Positions 60,836-64,000 of a DNA stretch of 64,000 nucleotides are shown here, piece by piece. A program made the translations under genes and the position numbers. The DNA is from a virus, in the IMG/VR virus record IMGVR_UViG_3300008267_013251, positions 81,016 through 145,015 of that record; one strand, given 5' to 3'. Below the pieces are notes generated by a model, which searched no databases, was not told where the DNA came from, and worked only from the letters and a program-made list of their open reading frames with translations. Numbering within the stretch: the first letter of the stretch is position 1; each line of letters begins with the position of its first letter.

Positions 60836-62905
60836 TTATTCTTCTGCTAAGTCACCACGGGCAAATATGGACCCAACATAATCTAGAACATCCCTTGCGG
60901 ATTGTTCGTTGTATCCATATTCTTTCATCCTCTCAATTATAGCATCAATCTTTTCCTGAATCTTCGGATCAACAACAGAACTTCCAGAAACATGCAAAGC
61001 AGATAACTTAATATGATCTTTAGTATCTTCAAACAACTTCATCTCGAAAGCTTTTTTCAGTAAAGGAGAAGAGTCCCAAGCAAAAGTTTTCTTCTTGTGG
61101 CTCAATTCACCGATGAAAGCAGCAATCATTCTTCTGAAATCATCGACTGCGTTTTCAGCAACATCAATTTTTGTTTCAATGTTACGCATCAGTCGCTCAT
61201 CAGGCTGCTCCTCACGGCCAGTATATGGATTCTTTACTTTAGACTTGTTGATATAAGCCATCAAGTTGTCTATATAGTTTGAACAAAGTCTAACAACTGC
61301 TTCCTCATCACCCACAAGTGCTTTTTGAACCTCCGCTTTCAGAATCTCATCAAGCTTATTCTTGGCCAAAGTAATACAGTTAGTATACTGTTTAATCTGG
61401 TCTTTGTTTGTAATCAAACTATGGTTTTCAAGACCATCCATCAAACTGTTAAGAACCATGAATGGGTTAATGTAATCATGCCTATCAGAAAGGCAATTAG
61501 CAATTTTATCTTGCACATACCTTGCGCTAACGCCACCAGCCATACCTTCATCTGGATACTTATCTCTTAGCTCTTTGACAGAGTCTTCGGTCCAGCCGGG
61601 GAGCATCTTATCATTGTATAGCTCGGCTTTTTCTACAAGACTTAGCTTACCGTCCTTATCGTCTTGAAGTCGAGTAAGAATTGCCCACAGCGCAGCAACC
61701 TCCAAAGTATGAGGTGCTACATGCTGACGAACTTTGCCGTTTGAGTAGTCTTGTTCTAAAACTTTAATTTCGTCATCCCACTTCAATAAATATGGGACAT
61801 CAATCTTAACAGTTCTGTCTCGCAAAGCTTCCATAAATGGATTGTTTTTGAGTTTTTCAAATTCAGGTTGATTAGTATGGCCAAGAATTGCCATATCAAC
61901 TCTAATCTGCGAAAACTTTTTGGGTTTGATTTGTCTTTCTTGCGATGCACCCAAAAGGTCATATAGGAAAGCTTGCTCTAATTTGAGCATTTCAATAAAT
62001 TCAACAACGCCACGGTTACCAACGCATAACTCTCCATCAAAGCTGAAAGCTCTGGGATCGGAGTCGCTTCCAAAATGTGGGATTTTTGCGAAGTTAATGT
62101 CACCAGTCAGTTCAGTTGAATCTTGATTCTTTTCATCTTTCGGCTGGAAAGTAGCAATTCCCACTCTATCACTTTCGGAATGTGTCAAGCGAATCACACG
62201 AATGTGATTAGTAACGACTTTAAGCCAATCACCATCATACTTCTTTAAAAGCCTTTGCATGAATAGCTTGCACCTTGGGTCAAGCTCTCCATCGACATTC
62301 AAAGAATACAAAGTAGCCAAATCTTTTTGGTCTGCTTGATCTCTGTGTATTTTGTTGAGATCAGCTAGCACCTCTTGTCGCATATCCTCTGGCATCAAGC
62401 GCAAAGGCTCTTCATGCATAGGGCAGCAGTCAGTATCGGAAGTGTAAATACCATCTTGTCCAGTTGGTAAATTGACCCACTTGAAAGAATACCAAGCTCC
62501 CTCATTTGTACGACTATATTTTTCTAACCCTTTTTTAAGCAATCTGCAAATGGTACTCTTGGATGAACCAACAGGACCATGTAGCAAGAGAATTCTTTTT
62601 TCTGTACCGTAAAACCCAGCAGCACCTTTAATATGTTTCATAAAACGGTCTAGAGTTTCCTCCAAACCAAAAATAGGAATATCCAGATCGTCAAAAAAGT
62701 TGTAATGTGTAAGTATGTTGCGATATCTTTCGACTTCTCTGGTGCCTTTTGCGACAACCATATCATAAAGTCTTTGATATGCAGTTCTTATCAGCTTGGG
62801 ATTTTCATAACACTTTTCGAGATACTCTTGAAAAGACATCTCTTCATTGATTGCTGCATATTCTGTTTTGTTAAATTTTTGTGCTACTTGTTCGAGTTTG
62901 CTCAT
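60836..62905 (-). CDS. prkA: PrkA/YeaG AAA+ ATPase (annotated serine kinase family)
   Basis: AYQRLYDM, GPVGSSKST, CPMHEEPL, PKDEKNQDSTELTG, SDPRAF.FDGE..V.NRG, EALRDR, H.APH.L and G.SARY. Confidence 0.96.
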   Translation of the reverse strand: MSKLEQVAQKFNKTEYAAINEEMSFQEYLEKCYENPKLIRTAYQRLYDMVVAKGTREVERYRNILTHYNFFDDLDIPIFGLEETLDRFMKHIKGAAGFYGTEKRILLLHGPVGSSKSTICRLLKKGLEKYSRTNEGAWYSFKWVNLPTGQDGIYTSDTDCCPMHEEPLRLMPEDMRQEVLADLNKIHRDQADQKDLATLYSLNVDGELDPRCKLFMQRLLKKYDGDWLKVVTNHIRVIRLTHSESDRVGIATFQPKDEKNQDSTELTGDINFAKIPHFGSDSDPRAFSFDGELCVGNRGVVEFIEMLKLEQAFLYDLLGASQERQIKPKKFSQIRVDMAILGHTNQPEFEKLKNNPFMEALRDRTVKIDVPYLLKWDDEIKVLEQDYSNGKVRQHVAPHTLEVAALWAILTRLQDDKDGKLSLVEKAELYNDKMLPGWTEDSVKELRDKYPDEGMAGGVSARYVQDKIANCLSDRHDYINPFMVLNSLMDGLENHSLITNKDQIKQYTNCITLAKNKLDEILKAEVQKALVGDEEAVVRLCSNYIDNLMAYINKSKVKNPYTGREEQPDERLMRNIETKIDVAENAVDDFRRMIAAFIGELSHKKKTFAWDSSPLLKKAFEMKLFEDTKDHIKLSALHVSGSSVVDPKIQEKIDAIIERMKEYGYNEQSARDVLDYVGSIFARGDLAEE

Positions 62906-62929
62906 GTCTTAATCCTCAAATGTGCAAAA

Positions 62930-63259
62930 TTACTCAACTTCTCCAAAGAACTGACCACTTTGAATGTCATCAATCTCACGATATGGTTGGCCACCCACAT
63001 GTGACGCTTCCTCCGCTTTACGGCGAAGGTCTTGCGCTTGTTCTAAATTATATCCAGCACGATAACCAAAGTTATCAAATTTACTTGTATCTTTCGGATT
63101 AGTAAATTTTATGTTGGAAATGAAAGTCACTTGTTGCTTCTTCCTCTTTGACCCACAGGATGGGCAAACAACATCTTTATATTTTCCAGAAGAATCAAAG
63201 TTTGTCAATGAGTCGTATTCTTTTTTACATTTCAAACAGGCAAAACTATATGTTGGCAT
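62930..63259 (-). CDS. FmdB-family zinc-ribbon protein
   Basis: MPTYSF.C.KC...CPSCGS. Confidence 0.85.
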   Translation of the reverse strand: MPTYSFACLKCKKEYDSLTNFDSSGKYKDVVCPSCGSKRKKQQVTFISNIKFTNPKDTSKFDNFGYRAGYNLEQAQDLRRKAEEASHVGGQPYREIDDIQSGQFFGEVE

Positions 63260-63268
63260 AATTACTCC

Positions 63269-63303
63269 AAAAAATTAACCGAAGGCATCGGCCTTCGGTT
63301 AAT
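63269..63303 (-). terminator. intrinsic terminator
   Basis: ATTAACCGAAGGC-CGAT-GCCTTCGGTTAAT followed by TTTTT. Confidence 0.75.
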
Positions 63304-63332
63304 AAAGTAAACACAAAAATAATTGTTACTAA

Positions 63333-63608
63333 TTAAAACAATTCGTTTACCATTTTTTTCAGATTCGAATAAATTTTCTTAATGATTGTCAGTTTGTTTT
63401 TCGTAGTACGAAACGACCATAGCCAATCTTTACTAGCAACAGATATTGCATCATGTAAAATTTTCTCATCAACATCGCTTCTGAGAATATCTGTCTGCTC
63501 TTGCTGTGCCATGATTATTTGATCCTCTATAGGCATGTCCTTTTTCTTTTTCTTGCCAGAATCATCATCAAAACTATCATCAAAAGGAAAATCAAATCTA
63601 TTTCCCAT
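63333..63608 (-). CDS. hypothetical protein
   Basis: GGGAGG SD, 91 aa. Confidence 0.65.
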   Translation of the reverse strand: MGNRFDFPFDDSFDDDSGKKKKKDMPIEDQIIMAQQEQTDILRSDVDEKILHDAISVASKDWLWSFRTTKNKLTIIKKIYSNLKKMVNELF

Positions 63609-63757
63609 AATCGGCCTCCCTCATGAGCTAAAAACAATCAATTCATTTTTTCTATCTTTTCATTCGCCCAATCTTGCTGAGTGCCAAAAGTATTTATTAA
63701 AACAACGAACACAGATTGTAACAAGATGTTACAATCGGTATTAATTGATATCGTATT

Positions 63758-63919
63758 TTATATTTTAAACAGGCTTTTTCTTTTTTTATACAGAGGACCG
63801 AAGTGTGGACTCACATGTTTAGTCTTTGATCTAGTAATCAAAGCACGATGCGTACTTCTATCCCCACCATGATTATTGAAATTCTTTTCACTTAAAACTA
63901 AAAATTCTTTAAATGTCAT
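63758..63919 (-). CDS. 53-aa basic protein (MTFKEFLVLSE...)
   Basis: GGGAG SD; capsid-targeting-like N-terminus; below the ORF-track cutoff. Confidence 0.5.
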   Translation of the reverse strand: MTFKEFLVLSEKNFNNHGGDRSTHRALITRSKTKHVSPHFGPLYKKRKSLFKI

Positions 63920-64000
63920 TGTGCTCCCATGACAAGATTTTGAAGAACCTTTTTTTGCCTTGGGTCTCTAACATATTTGTCAATAGCAAGCTGATTTTTA

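Noticed and set aside
1-64000. tRNA, rRNA, CRISPR arrays and transposases
   Set aside because: None recognised by eye and intergenic gaps are short; tRNAscan/Infernal were not run.

Overview
AT-rich, gene-dense, mostly minus-strand segment of a large (jumbo/huge) tailed phage genome. It uses the standard genetic code (TAA, TAG and TGA all act as stops) and GGAG-type Shine-Dalgarno sites. Weak sequence hints point to a Planctomycetota-like host. It encodes two SNF2 helicases, GuaC, three sigma-70-like proteins, ClpX, CsrA, a ParB-like protein, PhoH, dUTPase, DnaJ, GroES, IF3, peptide deformylase, a bS21-like protein, several glycosyltransferases and 2OG-Fe(II) oxygenases, RCC1/beta-propeller fibre-like proteins, a PrkA(YeaG)-YeaH-SpoVR module, and a DnaE polymerase split into two genes. 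The main observation is in the N-terminal (PHP) dnaE gene. A 42-nt GC-rich hairpin carrying an in-frame UAA interrupts it inside the conserved HLHLHTD/YSLLDG motif (55328-55369). A free-standing HNH endonuclease gene lies immediately upstream. This layout parallels the T4 gene 60 bypass/mobA cassette and suggests translational bypassing or a related recoding/removal mechanism. Other observations: an intein-less dnaE split with a duplicated degenerate segment, a probable AUU start on yeaH, a TAAATA late-promoter-like motif ahead of near-leaderless genes with T4-like capsid-targeting N-termini, and a frameshifted giant fibre gene. All family calls come from motif recognition by eye; no database search was run.
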